Source: Octopus vulgaris (taxonomy: Eukaryota). From it: DNA of 64,000 nt. A model generated the notes under the pieces. That model did not search any database, had not been told where the DNA came from, and saw only the letters and a program-made list of their open reading frames with translations. A program made the translations under genes and the position numbers. Of this stretch, positions 15,001-28,711 are shown one piece after another. The DNA lies in NCBI GenBank assembly GCA_951406725.2, contig OX597818.1:81902001-81966000 (forward strand), in the 5' to 3' direction. The number at the start of each line of letters is the position of its first letter. Within the stretch, counting starts at the first letter, position 1.

Positions 15001-15274
15001 GTTCCATTAGAATAAAATTTATTGCGGTATATACCATGACAGAAACGCACATATTGTCTTTTGGTGGAAGACGCACTCAATTTTGTATAGACGAGAATTT
15101 TACATTCGTCCAAATGTAAAAATCTTATTACTTAATTTCTCCATCTGAAAAATTTCTAATAGGAATTACCTTTCATGTCTCTTTAATATGTTAAATTCTG
15201 TAATTCCTATTAGCAAATGAAACATGTGTGATGTGAATAAATAATACCAAAAATGTTTCCAGTTCCGTGCTTTC

Positions 15275-15317
<43 letters not shown>

Positions 15318-15329
15318 CATATATATTCT

Positions 15330-15730
15330 TTTACACTCTTAATTGTTGACTTTGGACATACTAGAGCACCGCTTGAAAGAGTTTTAGTCGAACAAATCGA
15401 CTATTCCAGGACTAATTTTTTGTAAGCCAAGTAATTATTCTATCGGTCTCTTTTGCCGAACAGAATGACGGGGACGTAAACACACCAACATCGGTTGTCA
15501 AGCAATGGTGGGAGGAAAACAGAAACACAAAGGCACCCACACATAAGTACATACATATACATGCGATGGGCTTCTTTCAGTTTCCATCTACGAAACCCAC
15601 TCACAAGGTTTTAGTCGGCCCGAGGCTATAGTAAAAGGTAATTGCCCAACGAGCCATGCAATGGAAGTTAGCTTGGAATCATGTGGTTGGGAAGCAAGCT
15701 TCTTACCACACAGCCATCCTACTCCAGTAT
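15330..15730 (-). mobile_element. SINE family B copy
   Basis: Reverse complement of the family B head (GGATGGCTGTGTGGTAAGAAGCTTGCTTCCCAACCACATG) through the tail. Confidence 0.88.
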
Positions 15731-15759
15731 ATACACATATGTGTGTGCGTGCGTGCGCG

Positions 15760-15970
15760 TGAATGGAGTCGTGTGTGTGTCTCTGTCTGTGTTTGCTTGA
15801 CAACAGGTGTTCGTGTGTTTACACCTCCGTAACCTAGCGGTTCGACAGATAAGTCTAATAGAATGAGTACCAGGTTTACAAATTAAGTATTGGTATCAAT
15901 TCGTTCGACTAAAATTCCAGAAGGTGGTACCCCAGCAGAACGGGAGCGTAACGACTGAAACAAAAAGATA
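15760..15970 (+). mobile_element. SINE family B 3' half
   Basis: CTTGACAACAGGTG..TTTAC..TAGCGGTTCG...GGTGGTACCCCAGCA..GACTGAAACAAAAAGA. Confidence 0.75.
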
Positions 15971-16002
15971 CAGAAGTATATGTGTGCGTCTACTTGCGTG
16001 TT

Positions 16003-16172
16003 TACCTACCTACCTACCTACCTACCTACCTACCTACATACATACATACATACATACCTACCTACCTACCTACCTACGTACCTACGTACCTACCTACCTA
16101 CTTACCTACCTACCTACCTACCTATCTACCTACCTACCTACCTACCTACCTACCTACCTACCTACCTACCTA
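16003..16172. repeat. (CCTA)n/(CATA)n tetranucleotide microsatellite
   Basis: Directly visible. Confidence 0.95.
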
Positions 16173-16173
16173 C

Positions 16174-16212
<39 letters not shown>

Positions 16213-16251
16213 CATGTGTGTGTATAGAGACATATATATGTACATATACAA

Positions 16252-16287
<36 letters not shown>

Positions 16288-16669
16288 GCACACAACCGCA
16301 CACGCATACACGCGCGCGCACACACATATACACACACACGAATGATACTTCTGTTTTTATCTCATATCTATATTGCATGATCCAACTGTTCTCTGAATGA
16401 TATGATGCCTCAATCATGTCGATTCGTCTTAATATCTAATATCATTATATAATACTCTTAAGTTTGAACTGTTAATAACTACATTCTGTTCTTCTTCGTG
16501 AGATATGAACTTAAGTTCCGTGACTAGATATTAATAACTATTAAACCCAATAATACAATATACTGATGCAAATTATAAATCTACAGCATCGCATACTAAA
16601 GTACTGCAAATTGACAAATTACAAAACTAGATTACAAGAATCATACCAAGTTTAGTACTGATTTCAATA

Positions 16670-16906
16670 CTACGCACATGTGGTTTTCTTGTGGCTAAGA
16701 AATTCTTTTTCCAGCCATGCACCTTTGGGTTCGGTCCCACTGTGTGGCACCTTGGACGCATGCATCTTCTAACATAGCCCGGGACCGACAAAAGCATTGC
16801 GGGTGAATTTGGTTGACGGAAACTGTGTGGAAACCCGTCGTGTATACATATATACATACATATGTGTGTGTGTGTGTGTGTGTGCGTATGTATGTGTGTT
16901 GTGTTT

Positions 16907-16968
<62 letters not shown>

Positions 16969-17170
16969 GTGTATGCCTGAGTGTGTGTCACCAGCGGTTG
17001 TCAACGTAATCTAGATGTCCTCGTAATCTAATAATCTTAAGGTCCAGCCTAAGAGACCATTCTATAAGTACCAGATTAACGGAAATGAATTACTGGGATC
17101 TATCTATTCGGCTAAACCTTTCCAAGCTCATCATAGTTGCAGTCCAGAGACAGAAACAGGTAACAGACAC
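16670..17170 (+). mobile_element. SINE family B copy with long internal (TG)n
   Basis: GGGTTCGGTCCCACTGTGTGGCACCTTGG, GGAAACTGTGTGGAAACCCGTCG and a diverged tail. Confidence 0.8.
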
Positions 17171-17430
17171 AAAATAATGATATGTTCTAAGTTAATCATT
17201 AGACCATCAATCATGTGATATTATGTAAAACTTCACTGTAATTACACTAATGATGTATATATTGAAAACATCGACCAACACACACAGATAATATCATTGA
17301 AATGTTTAGCGTGACTTATCAGCCTTGGCTTATAATCAGGCGTTGCAGCCGTAAGAGTTTGATAGATTTTACTTTTGCTGGTAAATCATTCAAATCATTA
17401 GTTTATCAGATTTTATTGGCAGGACAATGC

Positions 17431-17483
<53 letters not shown>

Positions 17484-17994
17484 GATAGATAGATAGCTTT
17501 CTGACTATAAAGATAACTGACAACTTTAAGGGCAAATAACCTCTTATCATTTGGAACCATTTCTAGTTGTTATGTTAGTGGGCAATTGAAATCAGTAATG
17601 GGAAATCTACGACCTGTAGGACTTTCTGAATGCCATGCAAACCGAAAAATTATCTTGAATTTTTTTTAGTAGTGACAATACAGATAATGAACTTATCTCT
17701 CGGTCTGTTTCCCGTAAAATATTGTCCATATGTCAAAATTCAAATATCCCACAGTATACATAGAAAATGTTACATTTTTATGAAAATACACGTCATAAAG
17801 ATATCCTGAATAATCTCCGACAACGTGTAATATGGAATGTCGATATGCGCTATAACAAAATCCATTGAGTAAGTGAGTAACGGCTACTATTACCGTCACA
17901 GGGGAAATGGAATAGTGTCTATAATATTAACCCCAAGGAAGGTAGACATAGCTTATTATATTGACCACTGTGATGGAGATTGGATAGGTCTTAT

Positions 17995-19195
17995 ATTGGT
18001 TTCAAATTTTGGCACGCGGCCAGCAATTTCAGATTACGCCTTTCCAAGCGCTCAACTTGTACTTAGTTTAATGACACCAAAAGGCTAGAAGACAAAGTTA
18101 ACCTTGTTTGAATTTGAACACGGAACGTAAATCTAGAAGAAATGCCACTAAGCGTTTTGCCCGGAATGCTAACGAACTTTTCTATTTCGTTGCCATAAAC
18201 AGTATTTGGTTTCAAATTATGGCACAAGGCTAGCAGTTTCGGTGAAGGGCCGTAAGACTATTACATCGACCCTGGTGTTCAACTGGTACTTATTTTATCG
18301 ACTCTGATAATATGACAGGCAAAGTCGGCTTCGGTGGAATGTGAACTCTGGAAGTACATACGGACGAAATGCTAACGAATCTTACCAGGTTGCCGCCTTG
18401 AATATAGATCTTATATTGACAAAAGCTATTTTAGGAAGCATTATTTAATCGGTAACAGAAGTTTGAATGCCAACGCAGAAATCGGTCAAATTTGAACGTG
18501 GATCACAAAGTGACATAACGGAAAATCAGGAGTCATCTTCTCCAATGCTCTGCTGATTCTTCATAATAAATCAAGGTTTAAAAATTTGGCTTAACGCCAG
18601 CAAATTTAGTGGAAGCCTAAGTCGATTACAAAGCCAGCAAATTTAAGTGAGGTGTAAGTCAAATACATCGATCTCAGTGTTCAACTGGCACTTATTTTAT
18701 CAACTCCGAAAGAACGAGACGTAAAATCAACCTCGGTAGAAATTGAACTCAAAACATAAAGACGGACGACATGCCTCTAAGTATTTTGCCCTGCAAGCTA
18801 ACGATTCGGCTAGCTCGCCGCCTTATTCTTCACAATAAATAATGATTACAAATTTTGCCACAAGGGCAGCATGGGGATGAAAAGTTGACCTCGGTGGAAT
18901 TTGAACTCGGAACGTAAGAATTTTATCCGACGTGCTAACTATTCTGCTACCACGCCGCCTTATTCTTCCCAATAAATAATACTTTCTACTGGAAGCACAA
19001 GGCCTGGAATTTGGAAGATGGGATTTAGTTGATTACATCAATCCCAGTACGTCACTAGTATTTAATTTATCGACCTCGAAAGGATAAAAGGCAAAGTCGA
19101 CCTCGGCAGAATTTGAACTCAGAACGTCGTGACAGACAAAATACTCTTAAGCATTTCCCCCCGGTGTGCTAACGATTCTGCCAGCTCGCCGCCTC
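17995..19195 (-). mobile_element. Head-to-tail cluster of about 5 SINE family A copies
   Basis: Repeated AAAGTCGACCTCGG..AATTTGAACTC..GCTAACGATTC..CGCCGCC at about 17995-18195, 18205-18400, 18575-18822, 18850-18960 and 18985-19193. Confidence 0.88.
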
Positions 19196-19537
19196 ATTCT
19201 TTACAACAAATAACAAGAACGGGAATGAAAGTTGAGAAACATCAAATACCCATTTCATAACGGGAATCAAAGTCGACTCACATTATATTATTGGGTTGTC
19301 AAACAAATACAACCTTTTCATAACTTAATCCTTTCGAAATTTATTTGAGTTAACACAAAAAATATTTTTCGTTGTGCTTCATGGGTTTTCTTTTGTAGGT
19401 CCTTAAATGTTGCTTATCGTTTCTGAAAAAACAACATAAATTTTGAAATGGTTCATGAAAAGTAAGGAAGAAAAAAATAGGGAAAGAAGTAAAGGACGAA
19501 CTTATTTATCTGAAGACAAAAATATAGATGGTTGTTA

Positions 19538-20118
19538 GGCGGCGAGCTGGCAGAAACGTTAGCACGCCGGGCGAAATGCGTAGCCGTATTTCGTTTGCCG
19601 TTACGTTCTGAGCTCAAATTCCGCCGAGGTCGACTTTGCCTTTCATCTTTTCGGAGTCGATAAATTAAGTACCAGTTACGCACTGGGGTCGTTATAGTCG
19701 ACTTAATCCGTTTGTCTGTCCTTGTTTGTCCTTCTGTGTTTAGCCCCTTGTGGGTAGTAAAGAAATAGGTATTTCGTCTGCCGTTACGTTCTGAGTTCAG
19801 ATTCTGCCGAGGTCGACTTTGCCTTTCATCCTTTCGGGGTCAATTAAATAAGTACCAGTTACGCACTGAGGTTGATATAATCGACTTAATCCGTGTGTCT
19901 GTCCTTGTTTGTCCCCTCTGTGTTTAGCCCCTTGTGGGCAGTAAAGAAATATGTATTTCGTTTGTTTTTACGTTCTGAGTTCAAATTACGCGCAAGTCGA
20001 CTTTGCATTTCATTTTTTCAGGGTCGATAGAATAAATATCGGCTGAGCACTGTTGTCGATTGCATCGATTTATACCTCTCCTGAAAGTGCAGGCTTTGTG
20101 CAAAAATTTGAGATCATT
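19538..20118 (+). mobile_element. SINE family A, trimeric well-preserved copy
   Basis: GGCGGCGAGCTGGCAGAAACGTTAGCACGCCGGGCGAAATGCG head followed by three core units. Confidence 0.92.
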
Positions 20119-20399
20119 ATAAAGATGGTTGTTGATATAACAGCATTGAATCATTGAATTGTCAGTTGTTAACGATATAGACGTCGTGCGTGATGTTTAT
20201 TTGATAGACTGTGGTTTCAAAGTAGAGAAATATTATTTTAAAAGGCCAGTGAAAGAAATAAAACTGAATTTCGAAAAAATTCTGTACCATATTGAAATAA
20301 ATTATAAATGAATGACTTCCTAACAATGAAAGTCCCATGTGGTGCATTTCTGCTGGACGCACACACTAACTGTCAACCCCACCCACACACAAGCAATGT

Positions 20400-20440
<41 letters not shown>

Positions 20441-20442
20441 GG

Positions 20443-20577
<135 letters not shown>

Positions 20578-20837
20578 GTATGTATATATATGAAAATGTA
20601 CTTATACATATATACATAAATACAACATACATAATGCATTCCGTGAGTATGTAAGTATGAATATGTTAATGATGGTTCTTATCAGCTTCTGTCATTACTA
20701 TCTCTCCGATCACCTTACGTGAAAGGAGAGACAGTAATTCACACCAAAAGTTATTTCATAAAGACAGATACACATAAACACACATGTTTTAACACACCAC
20801 ACATAGGTGTATGTGCGTGTATATATATATAGTTGGA

Positions 20838-21070
20838 ACTTACAAAAAAAGACGAAAACAGGTGTATAAACAACAAACAGGTGTATTAGTTGAACGCTCG
20901 GGGAGGTGAGAAAGTCTGTCATATTTCGAGCCTACGCTCTTCAACGGAGAGGAACACGAGAAAATGGCACATGTAAAGTATTAGCAGTCACTCAAGGAAG
21001 GAAAGAAAGGTGGTTTAATGTTTCGAGCAAATATATATATGTATGCATACATACATATATATATATATGC

Positions 21071-21160
<90 letters not shown>

Positions 21161-21300
21161 GTAAATCCGAAACGAAGAACAAACAAAACAAAAACAACTA
21201 AACAAGAACGCTCGGGGAAGGAAAGAAATATGGTTTAACGTTTAGAGCAAAGCTCTTCTTAGAAACAGAGGTAAGTCCAATTCGAAAGCGGAGGGAAAAA
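20838..21300 (-). mobile_element. Non-coding PLE-type terminal segments with degenerate hammerheads
   Basis: Minus strand TTGAAGAGCGTAGGCTCGAAA (about 20924-20944) and AAGAAGAGCTTTGCTCTAAACGTT (about 21237-21260). Homologous to 30075-30200 and 30590-30670. Confidence 0.55.
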
Positions 21301-21331
21301 TCGCCAATGATTTAAATGTGTGTATATATAT

Positions 21332-21399
<68 letters not shown>

Positions 21400-22558
21400 G
21401 GGGCGTGCGGTGGTAAATTTTGCAATTTGATAGTTTTTTCACGCATGCTCATTGTTTCTTTTAGTTTTTTATTTTGGTGACTACGCATTATAGTAAGCTG
21501 GGCACCTTTGTGAGGAAAACGGCATTATGATGCAATCCACTCTGCCAGAAATTTGGAAAGGACATGGTTTACTGCTTTGCATTTGCGCCCGATGCCCCAG
21601 TACGCACATTTCAGTGTGTTTGGGTGTCAATCTGAGGATAGTTCAGAGGATTCCGAAAGAGATGTGTGAGGTTAATGGTGATTGCGAAGATACAGCACCA
21701 AGGTAAACTTGCTCTGATCGTTCTGATAAGAACAGAACTCCTGAATTTGTTGGTGTGATCGAGGCTATGATTGACAGCAATCCCGCCAAGTCAATCAGGT
21801 CAAACGCCAGGGACATAGGAGTGTCTCATTTTCTTTTCAGGCAGGTAGTGCATGAAAACATTCGGTATTCCGCTCACAAGATGAGAAAGGGCCAATTTTC
21901 ATCCTAAGCCATCAGGGGCAAGAAGCAAGACCGTGCTACGAAGATTTTGACCAAACTCAAGCATAGCCTCAACGGAAAATGCTTTTGCCTTTCCCCGAAA
22001 AGTTTCTGCCAGGATCTGATGGTGTGCAGCCAGAACAACCATTGGCTTGTCATGTCACCAAAACATGTACAGAGAGTGATAAAAATCAAGCATCCAATTA
22101 ATATCATGGTGTTTTGGGTGATCACAGGTGATAGCGACGTTTATGCCACACAAGCAGAAGAACACGGGCATGGCTGTCAGACAATTTCTGCGACCACATC
22201 ACCCCTAACATTTGGCCACCTAACTCCCCAGACTGCACCCTCTAGATTTTTATGCGTGGGGCGCTGTTGAGCGAGAGACTAACAAAACTCCTTGTAACAC
22301 CAAAGATGAAATGAAGGCAAGGATTATGGCAGCATTCACCAACTTAAACAAGGAGATCACCTAGAAGAGTTGCAGGAGATCTCGAAGTCGTCTGGAGGTA
22401 CCAGCTGCAGCAAATGGTGATTTTACTGAATAAATTTACTTTTTAGTAATTCGACATATTTTCATGTAATTTTGGCAAATATTTATGTCAAAAGGAGATC
22501 TCAGTGTTATTTATAGTTTTGCGTAATTCAGACGACAGTTTATTCACCGCGAACTGTA
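21400..22558 (+). mobile_element. Tc1/mariner (maT/DD37D-like) transposon relic with internal deletion
   Basis: Relic peptides RTPEFV..I.AMIDSNPAKSIRS.ARDIGVS, KHPINIMVFWVITGD and WPPNSPDC. The end TTATTCACCGCGAACTGTA roughly mirrors the degraded start GCGTGCGGTGGTAAAT. Confidence 0.8.
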
Positions 22559-22599
<41 letters not shown>

Positions 22600-23269
22600 G
22601 CCAATGTACCAGGCAATGAAACTGAACCTAGAACCTGATAGTTGCAGAGTGATCTCCGTAACCACATACATACTTGACTGCGCTTAATATTTGGGATTAT
22701 ATTCCATCCTTCTGTTTTAATGCGTTAAATTTGAATTCTCGTAGCAATTAGTTGCTATATATCTGCAGATCAATCTACGACTCATTAGCTATTTTGATAG
22801 CAAGTTATTTACTAGTTATAGCTACAAATAGTTTGTTACGGCTAAGTTTACGTGACTACTAACAGCACATTAAATTCATATTCATACACTCTCTACCAAC
22901 AGGAAGACATCTGCGTCTCACTATAACATCTTTCAATAATCAAGATGAGTAAACAATGCTAAGTATTAAATATTGTAATGATACTTATTCTTATGTTCGT
23001 GGAATTTCCAGTCGCACCGGTTATCGAAATAATGTTTATTGAAGTCATATAACTCTTTTTATTCATGCCAATGATCAAGTGTGTGAAGAACTAAATATGT
23101 TTGTTATCAATAACATTCTCCTCAATGTATAACTTAAGGTGAAGACTAATGTAAATATACACATATATGCATATGTGTATATTTATATATATACACATGC
23201 ATATACGTACACATACGCATATTTTCCATATATGCATGTGTATATATATATATTTATATATATATATGA

Positions 23270-24510
23270 CAAAAGGAAAATGCATGCCCTTTAGATAGTT
23301 TTAATATATTTTAAAATATATTTTATATTGTGTTTGTCAACCGGCTTCGTGTTCGCTAATAATGACATTGGAATTATTCTAATTTAGTATTTTCTTTAAA
23401 CTATTTTAGTCCATACTGTCTGTGGAGAAGTTTGCGAATGAATGATTCAACAAGTGAAAAAGCTAAGGCTAAATAATCGGTGATCTTTATTATTGGGGAC
23501 AAGAGAGGAAATTGCTTATCCTTTGGAGAGCGGATGAGTAAATATACACAAAAACTCAAAAGCTAAAGTAGTGAGATGAAATATCTTCAGTGATGGGTAT
23601 GTGATCAAAATTGGTTATGCGTTCGTATTTAAACGTGTTCTGTATTTTTCGATTAAGAACTTTTCTTTATTTAAACGTTCGTGTATAGAAATAGCTCTTT
23701 GCACTGGTAGATGGGGAAGGCTGCACAAGTCTCTATGTATTCATTCAAAGATATCTGTCTGTATCGCAAGAACCGGATCTATTCCGTATGTAGTATGGTT
23801 CTCCATCTCAGTGTCATACTTGTCTTTCCAATACAGTTATGTCCACGACCTGTGCAAGTTGTAACATAAATTAGATTGTCGGAAGAACAAGTAAAATTGG
23901 TGTTAATTGTGAACCTCACTCCTTGTTTGAATAGTAATTCCGAGGCTTCCAGTAGGTTGGGGCATGTTCCACAATTTGGACGTCCATACTTTTTAACAGT
24001 TTCTTTCGTGTGCGTTGTGTAAAACTTCGCATTTATTGGAAGTCTGTACAGCGATTTGTGCTGCTTTTTGCATTTGATGAATTTATGCGTTTTCAGAATG
24101 TTGTTCATTCTTTAGTTTCTAGTGAGCATAGGCAGAGTTTGTACAATAGTGTTGTGTGCCTCATTGCTTCTAGGGTTGTGAGTATGTACAGTAGTATTTT
24201 GAGATGAGATGTTGTGTTACAATTTGTTGCTTTCAGCGTTTTAATATCTAATATATTAGCACGCTTAATTCCATCGTCTATAAGTGAGGGTGGATATTGT
24301 CTTTCAGTTAGTTTTGTTCTGAGGTGTTGAAGACGAAGTCCCCTAGTATTTCTATCAGACAGGATCGTGCAAATCTTTTTGCTAAATTAAAGGGGATACT
24401 TCTTTTGATGTGTTTCGAATGGCATGAGCTAAACAGGATATATTGCTTCGTGTCCGTTTGCTAATGATGAATATCAGTTATAATTAGGTTGTTGAATTTC
24501 TATTATCATA
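23270..24510 (-). mobile_element. Penelope-like element, 5'-truncated (RT thumb, Cys linker, GIY-YIG, 3' tail)
   Basis: TDTKQYILFSSCH..IPFNLAKRIC..YPPSLI, followed by GRPNCGTC...NFTCSSDNLIYVTTC..CIGKT...R...H (track ORF 23779-24108). The Cys-containing linker before GIY-YIG is typical of Neptune-type PLEs. Confidence 0.9.
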
Positions 24511-24587
24511 AAATGCGTTATGATAATATCGTAATATCGCATACCACTTCCACAATAATGATGATCACTAGTTACCACCCCTTAGAT

Positions 24588-24790
24588 TTTTCCATTTGTT
24601 GAATCATTCATTCATGAAATTCTCAACACACAACACAGACTAAATTTTTCTTAAGAAAATTAGTATTTACAATAATCTCCATGTCATAATTATCAAAAGC
24701 GAAACCGGTTCAAAGATACAATATAAGATCTATTAAAAAATACATTAAAACTATGTAAAGGGTGAGCATTTTCCTTCTTTTATTTCATAT
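24588..24790 (+). repeat. Inverted, diverged copy of the PLE 3' tail (homologous to 23270-23460 minus)
   Basis: Shared TTGTTGAATCATTCATTC...AATAAT..CCA.TGTCAT...GAA(A/G)CCGGTT...CAATATAA...TTAAAACTAT.TAAAGGG...GCATTTTCCTT. Confidence 0.8.
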
Positions 24791-24904
24791 ATATATATAT
24801 ATCTCACGCAGTACAAAGGAGTGGCTCTAATGGATTCTAGTCTCCATTGAGTAGAAATGTTATCACGTACATATTTTGTCAGGGTATTAAAAAATTGGCT
24901 ACTG

Positions 24905-25271
24905 CATATAAGTATGCCCAATACCACAGATTAACTTGTCAATTGCATGACCATAACCAGTTGAGCATATCCCTGCATATCCCTTGATATCTGTCGACAT
25001 GTGTATGTCTGATCTTGAGCACATGTATTGTGGGAATATCATAGATATGCGTTGAGAAGAATTCGCTGGGAATTTGAATAATTGAATCCTGGAAACTTAG
25101 GTGCCTCGTTCATCATCCTTAAACTGCCCTTATTCAGGGAACTTCTGAGCAGATGGGCTAATTCCTTGAAGAAAAGTGTACCCTAATCAAAGGGGTAGTC
25201 ATGATGAGTATATTGGGCTTTGTATATTTGCACCCCATTTTCACTGTTATGCACTGCTTTCTCATTAATTA

Positions 25272-25331
<60 letters not shown>

Positions 25332-25332
25332 G

Positions 25333-25373
<41 letters not shown>

Positions 25374-25408
25374 CATAATAATAATAATAATAATAATCAT
25401 GATAAGAG

Positions 25409-25451
<43 letters not shown>

Positions 25452-25478
25452 CATGATAATAATAATAATAATAATAAT
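24905..25478 (+). mobile_element. (AAT)n-tailed retroposon, diverged copy 2 with long (AAT)n tail
   Basis: CAATACCACAGATT..CTTGTCA...CCCTTATTCAGGGA...GTAGTCATGATG.GTATATTGGGCTT aligns with 10802-11243, with an internal deletion. Confidence 0.85.
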
Positions 25479-25589
25479 ATTTTCTTAAGAAAATTCGTAT
25501 TTACAATAATCTCCATGTTCAAAGATACAATATAAGATCTATTAAAAAAAACATTAAAACTATGTAAAGGGTGAGCATTTTCCTTCTTT

Positions 25590-25626
<37 letters not shown>

Positions 25627-25659
25627 TCATTACAATTCACCATGTGGGGGATAGTCGAA

Positions 25660-26040
25660 ATATACATAGGTGCAGCTTCATTCTCAACCATATGACTCCA
25701 GGTTCAGTCCCACTATGTGGTAAGTGTCTTTTCTACTATAGCTACTTGGGGCGACCAAAGCCTTGCAAGGGGATTTGGTAGACGGAAACTGAAAGAAGCC
25801 CGTCGTACATACATACCTACATACATACATATATGTATATTTGTTTGTCTGTGTCTGCATCTTTGAGTTCGTGTTTTCCCTTTACAATCACAGATGTTGA
25901 TGTGTTTACTTCCTCGTAACTTACCGTGTGGGCATAAAGTAAACAAAAGAATAAGTACTTACAAGGAATACTAAAATCTTTTAGGCAGTGCTTCAGCATG
26001 ACCGCAGTCAAATGACTTAAAAAAAGTAAAAAAAATAGAA
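25660..26040 (+). mobile_element. SINE family B copy
   Basis: GGTTCAGTCCCACT, CGACCAAAGCCTTG..GGATTTGGTAGACGGAAACTGAAAGAAGCCCGTCG, CAGCATGACCGCAGTCAAATGACT. Confidence 0.85.
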
Positions 26041-27074
26041 AAAATCCTCACTTAATTTTAGGGCATATGCTTTGATTCAATGTTTTAGAGATTGCATCTC
26101 TTTCAATGAAGTATTGTATAAGTATATATAGCTATACACACACAATTCATAAGTAGTGTACAAGTATATAATAAGTATATATTTCATATAAGAAATAGAC
26201 TGGCTTGGACACAATTCTTTTGTATACATACTGGAGACTATATACCTGTTCCTGATTTCAAACGAAGTTTACATCGCTTATGCTGGTGTGATTGAGGATT
26301 TGTATTTCCATCCACACTGAAAGGGTTTCAAATCACTCATCCAGCTCACGAGATTTACCTTGTTTATTTTGGTATATTTGATAATTTGTAATTCCATCCA
26401 CAAACAAATAGTTTTATATCACTCTTCCGACTCACCTACTTGGCTTCTATTTGATATAATATTTCGTATTTCAGTTAACATTTGATGATATACTATGAGT
26501 GACATATACCGCAAACAATGGTCCTATTCCTAATTCACTGGAGTTATAAAAATAACTACATGCGTAGGAAACGCTAAAGAGTTCATTTCAATGATTTCTA
26601 AAGCCCTCTTATGTTTATTGCTTGCGCATCTTCCAAGAATCAATTTATTCCACTCTCAAATTTTACGAGTGTTAATATTTAGCCGGTTTCAGCATATAAG
26701 CAAGTTTAGAGCTTTGGTCTTTGTTTTCAGAGAAATCTCTCTCGTTGCGAATGATATTTCAGTAGATATTGGACTTCCAAACTATGATTATACATATAGA
26801 TTACAGTATTGATAAAACATTGCAACTAGTTCAGATACACGCTCATGTCTAGCATACACATAGAAGCAGGACATCAAAGAAACTGATCTACTGCGAGTGT
26901 TGTGGAAATTCATCATGACTGAGGTGGAAACTTCGATATTTTCAGACGCTTAGATATTGTTGCTTTTCGAACATATACAGTTAAATCTACTATGTTTTTT
27001 GGCGAAGAGAATTAGCAGCCATATTGGAAATGTATATATTCAGCACGTGAATGCATATATACAAATATATATAA

Positions 27075-27117
<43 letters not shown>

Positions 27118-27329
27118 TGCACATACACATACATACACATTTGTTGTTCTCTGCATGCATATACATAGAGACATACAGAAACATTATTGTGTATGTGTGT
27201 TTTTCAATGCAAATCTTCTGAATGGATAACTTAACAGGCAAAAGTGATTTATATAAAGCTGATAAAAAATACGCACATAAACAGATAAGTACACGCGTAA
27301 ACTCTCACAGAAGCCTATATTTATGTGGA

Positions 27330-27381
<52 letters not shown>

Positions 27382-27414
27382 ATATATATGCATACATATA
27401 TATATATATGCATG

Positions 27415-27462
<48 letters not shown>

Positions 27463-27524
27463 TGTATATATATATACATACGCTTGACTTTACATTTCAA
27501 TATATATATATATATATAAATATA

Positions 27525-27595
<71 letters not shown>

Positions 27596-27827
27596 ATACA
27601 TATATATATATATACATACATACGTACATACATATATGTATTTATATATACATTCATATGTATGTATATATATATATATATATACATATATACATACATA
27701 CGTACATACATATATGTATGTACATATATATTCGTATGTTGTTCAATAGAAAAAATTAAGGTATAGCATATGTATGTATATATTTATATTATATATATAT
27801 ATATATACATGTATATAATATAATATG

Positions 27828-27898
<71 letters not shown>

Positions 27899-27960
27899 TC
27901 ACATATACATATACATACGTATATATTCATACATACATAAATACATACATACATATATTA
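27330..27960. repeat. (TA)n/(TACA)n compound microsatellite field
   Basis: Directly visible. Confidence 0.95.
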
Positions 27961-28711
27961 ATGATATACACATAATCTCGCACGTTCATATTTGTGTACC
28001 TTTTCAGCAGCTGCAATTTATCCATTTAGAAGATTTTTATTGACAAACATTTGCAGTTGTTCAGAGAGTTTAGAAAATGTAGGAAGAATAATGTTATCTG
28101 TTGAATAACTACACTGACTTCAATAAATATTACTTTGCACCGATAGCGTGTAGCACTCGAAATAAGAAAACAACATATGGATAAATGCTGCTCGAATATT
28201 TAAACATGGTAGTTTATAGTATTATTGTGTAGTTCTATTATATATTACGTTTAGTCTTCGTGTTGATTAGATAATATCATGGGGAGAGTAAGATAGACGC
28301 CTAGCATGGAAAACATGTTACCCAAATATTAACCGGTACTCTCAAGAAAGTTTGACATTTTAGTATGGACTATGCTTACGTTAATTGACTTACCTGCCTA
28401 TGTAGCCGGGGCAGACATATTCAATTTCCAGCTTCTTCCAGCTTTGACTTGCAGGAATATGCAGAACGTGACAGCTGGGTAGTGTGATTTAAATGAAGTA
28501 AAGCGACTTGCACCAGGACTCAATGCTCTGCCCATTCTACGAAGCGAACTCATAATTCTGTATAAACTTGCGTACAACCCCGTTGCCAATCGTCCACGCG
28601 TCTGGCATATGTGGGATAAGTTTACTGGCTGTATATTAAGAGGTTTGCTTTCCAGCCACATGGTTCCTGTTTACGCGTTCAATCTTACGGCTTGGTGCCT
28701 TAAGCAAGTGT

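Noticed and set aside
17995-19212. Repeat-spacer pattern reminiscent of a CRISPR array
   Set aside because: The intervening segments are homologous SINE copies in a eukaryotic context with no cas genes.
26298-26460. Diverged tandem duplication of about 88 bp
   Set aside because: Probably real, but only two eroded copies and no functional cue.
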